A program made the position numbers and the translations under genes. 64,000 nt of DNA from Sedimentisphaerales bacterium (GTDB lineage Bacteria > Planctomycetota > Phycisphaerae > Sedimentisphaerales > SM23-30). The notes beneath the pieces are model-generated. The model did no database searches. It worked only from the letters and a program-made list of their open reading frames with translations, and was not told the DNA's origin. The DNA is taken from positions 116,511 through 180,510 of the forward strand of contig CAXXMR010000011.1 in the NCBI GenBank assembly GCA_963663805.2, given 5' to 3'. Below, in pieces: positions 1 through 8,971 of this stretch (positions are counted from its first letter, which is position 1; the number at the start of each line of letters is the position of its first letter).

Positions 1-516
1 AAACTGGGACATCGTTCCATTGCCTATTACGGCGTACACCGTTATGTCGTTACGGAAGCACACGTGGCCGGCATGCGACAGACTCTCAGGCAGGCCGGCC
101 TTTCTCTGCCCGACACTCACATAGTGTGGGATCCGCCTTCGGACACATCTGAACAGGACCGGTGCAAACAGGAACAGTTTTTGAAATTGCTCAACTCTGA
201 AAATCCGCCCACCGCTGTATTTTGCAGCGACGATAACGAAGCCGAAAGGATTTACTGGCTTCTGACGGATAAAGGTATGAAGGTTCCCGATGATTTATCT
301 ATTATCAGCTTTGGCAACTCGCTCCGCGATACCGTCTTTCGCGAACACCTGACCTCTATAGTCGTCAATGAACACGAACAGGGAACACTGGCAGCTCGGA
401 TTCTTCATGAAATGACCACCGGTAAGCGACCTATCAATGACAGTGAAGTTTTTGTGATGGACCTTAACGTTTATCGCGGGATTACTCTGGGGACGCCTGC
501 ATTTAAGAAGGCATGA
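1..516 (+). CDS. Transcriptional regulator with LacI-type periplasmic-binding-protein sensor domain (5' part outside window)
   Basis: Frame 1 is open from base 1 (KLGHRSIAYY...). Motifs PTAVFCSDD, GMKVPDDLSIISF and LTSI are typical of the LacI/GntR-LacI C-terminal domain. Confidence 0.85.
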   Translation, partial: KLGHRSIAYYGVHRYVVTEAHVAGMRQTLRQAGLSLPDTHIVWDPPSDTSEQDRCKQEQFLKLLNSENPPTAVFCSDDNEAERIYWLLTDKGMKVPDDLSIISFGNSLRDTVFREHLTSIVVNEHEQGTLAARILHEMTTGKRPINDSEVFVMDLNVYRGITLGTPAFKKA

Positions 517-699
517 GGTATGAGGCGTTTAAGAAGGCATGAGGCAAAGATATAAGATTAACGGCACGGCAACGGCGGATTTACGGGATTAACGGTGGAC
601 GACGAAGGATTTCAATTTAGAGACAAGACATAAGATATAAGATTAACGGCCAGGTGCCGACCTATGGTCGGGATTTATTTTGATTAACGGATTTAATGG
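502..699. repeat. Mosaic of short direct repeats in the regulator-pilin intergenic region
   Basis: TTTAAGAAGGCATGAGG at 502-518 and 528-544; AAGATATAAGATTAACGGC at 547-565 and 632-650; GATTAACGG at 556, 587, 641, 682; heptamers AAGACAT/AAGATAT/AAGATTA at 625-645; hairpin CCGACC-TAT-GGTCGG at 657-671. Confidence 0.8.
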
Positions 700-729
700 T
701 GAAACTATTTTGCGGCGAAGGAGCTGTTT

Positions 730-1566
730 ATGAGTACAAGAAAAGGTTTTACACTCGTTGAGTTACTGGTAGTAGTTGCAATCATCGCTTTGCTGGTGAG
801 TATTTTACTGCCGGCGTTGGGTCAGGCCCGGTATCAAACCAAGCTGGTACTTTGCGCTACCCGGCAAAGAACCATACTTCAGGCTATCAACTCCTATTCG
901 TCCGAATATGGCAAGCTGCCCCCCACAAACCAGTGTTGTTGGGAAAATGCCCGAAAAACTGACATATGGTATACTATCCCCAATCGTGTTAAATACAAAT
1001 ACGGCTCATCCTTTGAAATGAACGGCGGGTCAGTAATAAAGACATTGGGTGAATACATGGAGTCGGCAGCAAATTTCACCTGCCCCGCTATCACTGGTGA
1101 TGCCAAATGGGAAGAAAATTTCATCAAGAATTCCAACGATGACGGCATCCCTCTGCTTGACAGCTCGTTTTTCATGCTCTGGAACTGGATGAAGTACGAA
1201 AATGACGGATTCAGGCCTACCGATAACAGCGACACTTTAATGGTCATGGATATGATGATGATTACAGACCAATACAATTGCATATCATCGCCAGGCGATT
1301 CCTGGATGACCAGCCACACCGTAAAGGGTGGAACAATAAAACTATTCGAAGGCTTATCATCATTATATCCCGAAGATGAACGAATCAAGATATGCCGCGT
1401 CCCCAATCGTGACAATACACCCCCTGATATCAACATCAACGCCGGATATGTCGACGGGCACGTAGAACAAATCAATGCCGCTGACGACATGTCCCAGATG
1501 ATTACCAGAGACGGTTCCCCCAAAGGATATTTCTTTCCGAAAGGCAGTTTTCGTCAGCAAAAATAA
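730..1566 (+). CDS. Prepilin-type N-terminal cleavage/methylation domain protein (DUF1559/H-X9-DG-like)
   Basis: [26 protein letters not shown] class III signal; FTCP motif; C-terminal NAGYVDGHVE; RBS AAGGAG. Confidence 0.9.
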   Translation: MSTRKGFTLVELLVVVAIIALLVSILLPALGQARYQTKLVLCATRQRTILQAINSYSSEYGKLPPTNQCCWENARKTDIWYTIPNRVKYKYGSSFEMNGGSVIKTLGEYMESAANFTCPAITGDAKWEENFIKNSNDDGIPLLDSSFFMLWNWMKYENDGFRPTDNSDTLMVMDMMMITDQYNCISSPGDSWMTSHTVKGGTIKLFEGLSSLYPEDERIKICRVPNRDNTPPDININAGYVDGHVEQINAADDMSQMITRDGSPKGYFFPKGSFRQQK

Positions 1567-1658
1567 CTCTTAACAATCTATTACTGATGCAAAGGATAGT
1601 TGGCTTGCCCGCGTAAAGCAGGCCGCAAACGAAGTTATCTTATAAGGAGAAACACAAA

Positions 1659-3914
1659 ATGAGAAATGTAATTCTGACAATGTTGGCAATCTGCCTGACA
1701 GCGGCGGCAGCCAACGCCGGGACCGTAGCACTTTGGAACTTCGACGACAAGGCTATTGGCGAGTTGGCTGATTCGGGCGGGCGTCTGGTTGACAGCACTG
1801 GCAATGGCTATGATGTTTTTATTGATGACGCTTCAGTTCCTGTATTTGATGATCCGGCACCATTTTACAGTGATAGTGGGGCAGCCCTTCTTACCGCAGC
1901 AGGCAATGCAAAAATCATATTTGAGCCGAGCCATGACTTTGGCGATGGCGGCGCAAACGCCAACAGTGGCAACCTAGGCAGCTTTGGCACAAACGATTCA
2001 TTTACATTAGAAGCTGTAGTCCGGTACACTGCAAAAAATCAGCCCAGCAAAGTATGTTGTTTGATGTCTAAAATCAGTGGTGATGCCGCAGATCCGCAGT
2101 GGTGGTGGCGTTTGGAAGGCGGCGGTAAGACATATAAATTTAATATGAAGGATGAGGGTCTCGTCAACACGGCCAAGACAGTTACCTTGGCCAACAGCGT
2201 TTACGATGGCGAATGGCATCATTTCGCTTTTGTTCGTGATGCGGCAGCGTCAAAAATATACCTGTATATCGACTATGTCCAAGTAGGTAGTAACAATGAT
2301 GTTACGACCTCTGATATTGGTGTAGGCGGTCGTTTTTGCATTGGTAATTTTGACGGTGTAGATAGCCGTGACATGATCGGCAGTATGGATATGGCGCGGG
2401 TCAGTGATGTTGCGCTTTCTCCTTCCGAATTTTTACCGATGCTTGAAGTTTTGCCGATTAAGCCTGGCAACCCCAGTCCGGCCAATTGTGGTTTTGATGT
2501 CGCCACGGCATCGGTAGACTTGTCGTGGGATACTATTGAAGCTCTTGATCCAAATTTCACCCTGGGCAGTCAGAGCGTAACAGTGGCCTCAGACGCTCTG
2601 ATGTCAAATATAGTTCAGACATACTCAAGCGTTACCGGCAACAGTGTCACCCTGACCGGCTTAGATGAGTCACGGAGTTATTACTGGCGTGTGGATACTG
2701 TTGGTACTCATGATATTGGTGGTGCCATTACACGCGAAGGTGATATCTGGAGTTTTTATACGGTAGAAAAGCCAGGTGATGTTGCTGGTTACTGGAAATT
2801 TGACGATGTGACTCCGGGCACAATTATGCTTGATGGCGACAAAATTCTCGATTCCAGCGGCAACAACCGTGACCTCTACCTCCTCAACGAACTCGAAGAC
2901 GTATCCCCATCATCCTATGACACTTCCAACCCTGCTTATGGTTCTGGCGGTTCATATCTAGGTTTAAGCGATGCTCAGATGATGCTTTTGTCAGGCTACG
3001 ATTTTGGCGGCAGTACTTTAGCCGGCAGCCCGATTGTAATACCGACAGGCGAAGACTTCAGTATCGAGGCGGTAGTGCGCTTTGACGCAGCTGAACATGA
3101 TAATTATAACGCAATTATCGCTTTTACCCCAAAGCATCCGGATTTGACTGACTGGTATGGTTATGATTTACCTCAATACTGGTTCCGCACCGAGACTGAT
3201 GGTAAGCTACGTTTTTGGACACTGGATGCTGGTGCGAATACCGGCTGGGTTGCCGGCTCTACCGACATTTATGATGGTCAGTGGCATCATGTTGCCGCAG
3301 TACGTGATAAGACTGCCGGTACGGTAAGCGTTTATATTGATGGTGTTCTTGACGGCAGCTCAATGGACGAGACTACCACTGATATTAGCCCGAACGGATA
3401 TATGGTAATCGGCGGTTTTAATGGCTACACGAGCCGTAACTTCGGAGGGAATCTCGACTTTGTCAAGGTAACCCGTGCCGCTCTGACACCGGCTGAATTT
3501 GAGCAATCTGTCGCTCTGCCCACCGCCCCCAGTCCGGTCAGCGGCGCAACCGGTATTCCTACTACCTACGTGCTGAGCTGGACTCCTGTCGCTGGTGCGA
3601 CTATTACCACCCAAACCGTGGTACTTTCCAGCGATCCGTTCATGGTCAATGTTGTTGATACGATTGTGGCGGATTCCGGCGTAAACAGCGTGCCGGTCAG
3701 CGGCCTTGATATTGAAACCATCTATTACTGGCGTGTTGATACAGACGGCTCCGATGCCGGCGGGTCATTCAGTCGTCAGGGTTACATCTGGAATTTCCGC
3801 ACTCCGATTTGTGTGCTGGAAATGGCCGAAGGCGATATTAACGAGGATTGCAGTATCGATCTGCTTGATTTTGCGATTATGTCGGCCAACTGGCTTCGTT
3901 CTGAGTACGAATGA
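1659..3914 (+). CDS. Secreted non-catalytic protein: 2x (LamG jelly-roll + FN3-like domain) plus C-terminal dockerin/EF-hand-like tail
   Basis: Signal peptide; DGEWHHFAFVRD and DGQWHHVAAVRD; YYWRVDT twice; tail GDINEDCSIDLLDFAIMSANWL. Confidence 0.85.
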   Translation: MRNVILTMLAICLTAAAANAGTVALWNFDDKAIGELADSGGRLVDSTGNGYDVFIDDASVPVFDDPAPFYSDSGAALLTAAGNAKIIFEPSHDFGDGGANANSGNLGSFGTNDSFTLEAVVRYTAKNQPSKVCCLMSKISGDAADPQWWWRLEGGGKTYKFNMKDEGLVNTAKTVTLANSVYDGEWHHFAFVRDAAASKIYLYIDYVQVGSNNDVTTSDIGVGGRFCIGNFDGVDSRDMIGSMDMARVSDVALSPSEFLPMLEVLPIKPGNPSPANCGFDVATASVDLSWDTIEALDPNFTLGSQSVTVASDALMSNIVQTYSSVTGNSVTLTGLDESRSYYWRVDTVGTHDIGGAITREGDIWSFYTVEKPGDVAGYWKFDDVTPGTIMLDGDKILDSSGNNRDLYLLNELEDVSPSSYDTSNPAYGSGGSYLGLSDAQMMLLSGYDFGGSTLAGSPIVIPTGEDFSIEAVVRFDAAEHDNYNAIIAFTPKHPDLTDWYGYDLPQYWFRTETDGKLRFWTLDAGANTGWVAGSTDIYDGQWHHVAAVRDKTAGTVSVYIDGVLDGSSMDETTTDISPNGYMVIGGFNGYTSRNFGGNLDFVKVTRAALTPAEFEQSVALPTAPSPVSGATGIPTTYVLSWTPVAGATITTQTVVLSSDPFMVNVVDTIVADSGVNSVPVSGLDIETIYYWRVDTDGSDAGGSFSRQGYIWNFRTPICVLEMAEGDINEDCSIDLLDFAIMSANWLRSEYE

Positions 3915-3938
3915 TGTGTTGATTGTTTTTAACCTGTA

Positions 3939-3978
3939 ACGGGGTGGGTCGGAGCATATCGGCCCACCCCGTATTTTT
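3939..3978 (+). terminator. GC-rich stem-loop followed by a T-rich tract (terminator or mRNA-stabilising hairpin)
   Basis: ACGGGGTGGGTCGG-agcata-TCGGCCCACCCCGT then ATTTTT. Confidence 0.65.
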
Positions 3979-3981
3979 AGA

Positions 3982-5793
3982 ATGATTCGGAATAAAATGA
4001 AATTAAAATTAGCCTACATCTTCGCTTTAATAACGTTGTTCACCTCGATTACCAATGCCGCTCCGCTCTACCAGCAGGTGCTTTACCAGCGTGGCATGAA
4101 TAATATCCACACCTATCGTATTCCTTCGCTTATCCAGGCACCGGACGGTACTATTCTGGCTTTTTGTGAAGCACGCGTAGACGGCGGCGGTGACGAAGAC
4201 AATATTAACATTGTTCTCAGACGCAGCCGTGACGCTGGCAAGACGTGGTCGGCGATGCAGGTCATCTGGGACGAAGGGGTCAACACCTGCGGCAACCCTA
4301 CGGCCCTGCTCGATGAAACAAATTCCCGTATCTGGCTGTTTATGAACCATAATCTCGGCCATGACCGGCTTAGATATTTTGTGAACGGCACCAGCCAGGG
4401 CAGAAGAACCACTTGGTGCTGCTACAGTGACGATAACGGTAAAACCTGGTCGGCTCCTATCCAGCTAAAACATATCAAAGCGCCCGCAGAAGAAGAAACT
4501 GGGAACCTATGGGATGCCGTCGGGCCCGGTAACGGTATTCAGCTCAAACAAGGCCCTCACGCCGGCAGACTTATCGTGCCGGCCAACGCCCGTAATATAT
4601 ACAGCGACGACCACGGCAAAACCTGGCATGAAGGGACCATATTCTATCCCAACGGCGGTAATGAAGGCACCGTGGTGGAACTTACCGGCGGGGCGATCCT
4701 CCGCAATGACCGCATGAACGACCTCTACGCTCAATATCGTCGTCGCCTTTACTGCTACAGTTACGATCAAGGAGAGACCTGGACCCCTACCATTCTCCAT
4801 GACCAGCTTATAACGCCCATGTGTCAAGCCGCCATCATCTCTTACCCGGTTGAAAACAATCGGCAATATCTGCTGTTCTCCAACCCTGCCTCATTTTCAC
4901 GCAATAACATGACCGTCCGCCTTAGTTACAATGACGGGCTGAGCTGGCCTGTTTCCCGTATGATATGGAAATACAATTCGGCCTACTCGTCTCTGGTTCG
5001 TTTGAAAGACGGTCGAGTCGGCTTGCTATACGAAAACGGCGACGGCAGTGCCTATCAGCAAATTACCTTTGCTTTGTTTGATATCGACTGGGTCAAGGAT
5101 GACAGTGTCTTCCGCTGGGATTTTGAGAATCTGAGCAAATCTCAACTATCCGCCCAGACTATAATTTCCGACACCATGGGCTACAACCTCAGCGGTAAAC
5201 TTACCCACAACATTCAGACCGCACCGGGTGGTGACAAAACCACCGCTCTGCGTTTCAGCGGCGAACAAGGCGTTACCCTCCTGCGTGACCAAAGCTCCGG
5301 CTATCTCGACTTATTTGCTGACACCGATTTCTATCTAAAAGCGGTATTTCGCACTCAATCTCACGGTCCTCAGCAAAAACCCGGCGCCCTTATTTCCAAT
5401 GATTACGCACCCGGCCAGCCGTCATGGTGGCTCAGAGTACAGGATGGCAAACTAAAATTTTACATCCTCGACGAAAGACGCAACTCATCCGCAGTTGACA
5501 GCAAAACTAAAGTCAACGACAACAAATGGCACGAAGCCCTCATCGTCCATAACGCCGCGGAACAAAAACTCCAAATCTACCTCGACGGCAAACTAAACGC
5601 CGAACAATCTTCAAACTGCAAAGGCTCCTATGTAAACGACAAAAACATCTCCGTCGGCCAATTCAACAACGGCAGTTCAGGGTTCATTGGCGACCTGGAC
5701 CTCGCCCAAATCAGCTATGGCTTGCCCAATCTGAAAAATACAAGCGATAACCCCCGGCACGAAGTCATACTCAAAGTACAGGAGTTGAACTGA
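3982..5793 (+). CDS. Exo-alpha-sialidase (GH33) with C-terminal LamG domain
   Basis: Signal peptide; YRIP motif; Asp-boxes SRDAGKTW, SDDNGKTW, SDDHGKTW, SYDQGETW, SYNDGLSW; AYSSL containing the catalytic Tyr. Confidence 0.9.
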   Translation: MIRNKMKLKLAYIFALITLFTSITNAAPLYQQVLYQRGMNNIHTYRIPSLIQAPDGTILAFCEARVDGGGDEDNINIVLRRSRDAGKTWSAMQVIWDEGVNTCGNPTALLDETNSRIWLFMNHNLGHDRLRYFVNGTSQGRRTTWCCYSDDNGKTWSAPIQLKHIKAPAEEETGNLWDAVGPGNGIQLKQGPHAGRLIVPANARNIYSDDHGKTWHEGTIFYPNGGNEGTVVELTGGAILRNDRMNDLYAQYRRRLYCYSYDQGETWTPTILHDQLITPMCQAAIISYPVENNRQYLLFSNPASFSRNNMTVRLSYNDGLSWPVSRMIWKYNSAYSSLVRLKDGRVGLLYENGDGSAYQQITFALFDIDWVKDDSVFRWDFENLSKSQLSAQTIISDTMGYNLSGKLTHNIQTAPGGDKTTALRFSGEQGVTLLRDQSSGYLDLFADTDFYLKAVFRTQSHGPQQKPGALISNDYAPGQPSWWLRVQDGKLKFYILDERRNSSAVDSKTKVNDNKWHEALIVHNAAEQKLQIYLDGKLNAEQSSNCKGSYVNDKNISVGQFNNGSSGFIGDLDLAQISYGLPNLKNTSDNPRHEVILKVQELN

Positions 5794-5794
5794 A

Positions 5795-7567
5795 ATGACG
5801 CTCAAACAAGACGTATCCGAAGCAAATCCTAATCGCCGGGCCTTCCTGAAATTCTTAGGGCTGGGACTGGCTACGCCGCAATTGGCGAATTCACTTCTGG
5901 CCTCGCCATCTCCCTCCGTCAAACGGCCTAACTTCCTTTGGATATGCACCGACCAGCAGCGTTGGGACACCATCACCGCCTTGGGCAATACACACATCAA
6001 AACCCCCAACCTCGACGGCCTTGTCAAAAACGGTACCACTTTCACCGTTGCCCATTGCTCCGCTCCGCTTTGCACCCCCAGCCGTTCGGGGTTCATGACC
6101 GGCATGTACCCTTCGGCCATCGCCGCCTGTAAAAACGGGGCTGCCTGCTGGGCTGAAAAAGCCCCGCTCGTTACCAAACTGCTCAAAGACGCGGGCTATG
6201 TCTGCGGTTTGTCCGGTAAACTGCACCTTTCCTCAGCCTACGGCGATAAAGTTGAAAAGCGTCCCCAGGATGACGGCTATTCCGAATTCTATTTCAGTAC
6301 CAGCCCCTATCAAGGCGGCCCGGCCAACGACTACCTCACCTGGCTGAGAAAACAGGGATACGAATACGAAGATTTCAAAAAACTTTCCTGGCAGGAACAA
6401 GCTCCGCTCCACCAGACAACCTGGTGCTGCGAACGGGCCGCTGATTTTCTCACCCGCCATCGGAATCGTCCCTGGCTCTTCAACATAAATATATTCCATC
6501 CTCACAGCCCCTACCACATCCGCGCAGACTTTCTAAAAAACCACCCCAATCTCGACAAAATCTCTCTACCCGAATTCCGTGAATCGGATATTTACGAAAA
6601 GAGCGGCTGGGGTTTCACTCCCTACCGCTATCCCGACTCATATTTTCAATCTCGCCAGGCTGAATACTACGCCACTATTGAGCTTGTTGACCAGAATATC
6701 GGCGGCCTTATCGAAGCCCTTGAAGCCACCGGTCAAATCGATAATACTGTAATTATTTTCACTTCCGACCACGGCGAGAATCTCGGCGACCATGGCTTAT
6801 ACGGCAAAGGCAACTTCTACGAAGGCTCTGTCCGCGTTCCTCTTATCTGGTCCGGCCCCAGTATCCAGAAAAATATTATCAACGATTCACTCGTCGAGCT
6901 GACCGAAATCGCCCCTACCATCCTGGATCTGGCCGGCGAAAAAGTTCCCCAACACATGCAGGGTATCAGCCTGGTTCCTGCCCTTCGGGGTAAAAAACAG
7001 AAACTTCGCGACCACATCCACAGCCAATTCTACGCCGGCACCGGTCCGGCACCCGGTTCCGAAGACTGGCCCGAAGAATACCTCACCATGTACCGTGATA
7101 AAAATTACAAGCACGTCGTCTACCACGGCTACGCCCGCGGCGAGCTTTTCGACCTTCAGAACGACCCCCACGAATACAAAAATCTCTGGGACCAGCCCCA
7201 ATACCTCGAAATACGCGACGAACTGCTCCTGAAAAACTTCAATGTCGCCGCCCGTGCCAACTACCCTGCCATGCCCGTTATGAGCAATCAGGCAGATGCC
7301 CGCAAGAAAACAAAGCTCAAAAGAATCGCTATTTTTGAAAATCACCCCGACCCCGACCTGCCCGGCCACTGGCTCAGCATCTACAGCGACAGGCTCTACC
7401 ACCTGGAAGTCCGCCACGGCTCCGGAAAAGTCAAACTCACCGACAAACATAAAAATGAACTTTGGTATAGCGATAACCACGATTTAAAATATAATATGCT
7501 CCGTAAATGTTTTGACGCCTTTGTGTTTTCCATCGACACCGGACCAGAACGAATCGGAAGATATTAA
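5795..7567 (+). CDS. Formylglycine-dependent (S1) sulfatase, Tat-exported
   Basis: NRRAFLK Tat motif; PNFLWICTDQQR; CTPSR signature; GKLH; FTSDHGE. Confidence 0.92.
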   Translation: MTLKQDVSEANPNRRAFLKFLGLGLATPQLANSLLASPSPSVKRPNFLWICTDQQRWDTITALGNTHIKTPNLDGLVKNGTTFTVAHCSAPLCTPSRSGFMTGMYPSAIAACKNGAACWAEKAPLVTKLLKDAGYVCGLSGKLHLSSAYGDKVEKRPQDDGYSEFYFSTSPYQGGPANDYLTWLRKQGYEYEDFKKLSWQEQAPLHQTTWCCERAADFLTRHRNRPWLFNINIFHPHSPYHIRADFLKNHPNLDKISLPEFRESDIYEKSGWGFTPYRYPDSYFQSRQAEYYATIELVDQNIGGLIEALEATGQIDNTVIIFTSDHGENLGDHGLYGKGNFYEGSVRVPLIWSGPSIQKNIINDSLVELTEIAPTILDLAGEKVPQHMQGISLVPALRGKKQKLRDHIHSQFYAGTGPAPGSEDWPEEYLTMYRDKNYKHVVYHGYARGELFDLQNDPHEYKNLWDQPQYLEIRDELLLKNFNVAARANYPAMPVMSNQADARKKTKLKRIAIFENHPDPDLPGHWLSIYSDRLYHLEVRHGSGKVKLTDKHKNELWYSDNHDLKYNMLRKCFDAFVFSIDTGPERIGRY

Positions 7568-7604
7568 GGCAACCAGGTGAACTTCATGAAACGAGGAGTA
7601 TATT

Positions 7605-8960
7605 ATGTCATTCAGTAAGGATTTCAAATGGGGCGTGGCGACTGCCTCTTATCAAATAGAAGGTGCTGTCAACAAGGACGGGCGTGGACCGTCGGTGTGG
7701 GATATGTTCTGCGGGAAAAAAGACGCGGTCTATCAAGGGCAGACCGGCAAGGTCACCTGCGACCATTATCACCGCTACGCTGAAGACGTCGATATAATGA
7801 AGCAGATGTCGGTTCAGGCCTATCGCATGTCGATAGCCTGGCCCCGGGTCATGCCCCAGGGTCGGGGACGGGTAAATCAGGCCGGTGTTGATTTTTATGA
7901 CCGGCTCATCGACGAACTGCTGGGTCAGGGCATCACCCCTTATATAACCTTGTTCCACTGGGACTATCCCTACGATCTTTTCTGTCAGGGCGGCTGGCTT
8001 AACAATGACAGCCCACAATGGTTCGCTGACTACACCAAAGTTATAATGGACAAATTCTCCGACCGTGTGAGCAACTGGATGACCCTTAATGAGCCGCAGG
8101 TTTTTGTCTGCCTCGGCCATCACGACGGCATTCACGCACCCGGTCTGCAATACGGTTTCCGCGAAGTGCTGCGTGTCGGACACAATGTTATGCTCGCTCA
8201 CGGTCGGGCCGTACAAACTATCCGTGCCCACGCTAAAAAGACCCCCAACATTGGTTACGCGCCTGTTGGTTATCTAACCGTGCCGCGTGACCAGAACTCT
8301 CCGGCTGACATCGAACTGGCCCGCAAAGAAACCTTCGCCGCCAAACCCCAAAACGCCTTCAATGCCGCCTGGTGGATGGACCCCATATTCAAGGGCCATT
8401 ACCCCGAACAGGCCCTTGAGGTCTATGGCAAGGACGCCCCGGAATTTACCGACGAACAAATGAAAATCATTTCCGAGCCTATCGACTTCCTCGGCCTTAA
8501 TATCTATTTCGCCTTTGAAGTTTATAAAGGCATGACCGAAAACTATGAAACCGCCCCGCGTGAAGATGGAGCGTGGTACACGCCCATGGGCTGGACCGTT
8601 GACCCGACCGCGTTGTACTGGGGGCCCAAATTCTATTATGAACGATACAAAACCCCCATCGCCATAACCGAAAACGGGATGGCCAACCTCGACTGCGTTT
8701 CTGAAGACGGCAAAGTACATGACCCCCAACGCATCGAGTTTCTCCGTCGCTACATCACCCAGCTAAAACGAGCCGCTAAAGAAGGCGTTGATTTAAAAGC
8801 GTATTTCCAATGGTCCCTGCTCGATAATTTCGAGTGGGCTCTTGGTTTCAGTAAACGTTTCGGACTGGTTTATGTCGATTACGCCGACCAGAAAAGAATT
8901 ATTAAAGATTCCGCCTGGTGGTACAAAAACCTAATCGAGACGAATGCCGAGCAGTTATGA
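7605..8960 (+). CDS. Beta-glucosidase, GH1 (cytoplasmic)
   Basis: FKWGVATASYQIEG; TLNEP acid/base; ITENG nucleophile; WSLLDNFEW. Confidence 0.95.
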   Translation: MSFSKDFKWGVATASYQIEGAVNKDGRGPSVWDMFCGKKDAVYQGQTGKVTCDHYHRYAEDVDIMKQMSVQAYRMSIAWPRVMPQGRGRVNQAGVDFYDRLIDELLGQGITPYITLFHWDYPYDLFCQGGWLNNDSPQWFADYTKVIMDKFSDRVSNWMTLNEPQVFVCLGHHDGIHAPGLQYGFREVLRVGHNVMLAHGRAVQTIRAHAKKTPNIGYAPVGYLTVPRDQNSPADIELARKETFAAKPQNAFNAAWWMDPIFKGHYPEQALEVYGKDAPEFTDEQMKIISEPIDFLGLNIYFAFEVYKGMTENYETAPREDGAWYTPMGWTVDPTALYWGPKFYYERYKTPIAITENGMANLDCVSEDGKVHDPQRIEFLRRYITQLKRAAKEGVDLKAYFQWSLLDNFEWALGFSKRFGLVYVDYADQKRIIKDSAWWYKNLIETNAEQL

Positions 8961-8971
8961 TAAGGTGTCCC

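Noticed and set aside
502..699. CRISPR array
   Set aside because: Repeats are 9-19 bp, of several types and irregularly spaced; no cas genes in the window.
1567..1658. Riboswitch between pilin and LamG genes (also 37922-38067)
   Set aside because: Only short shared words (GCAAAGG, GGCCG, GAAGTT) and a small hairpin; no match to a riboswitch consensus I recognise.
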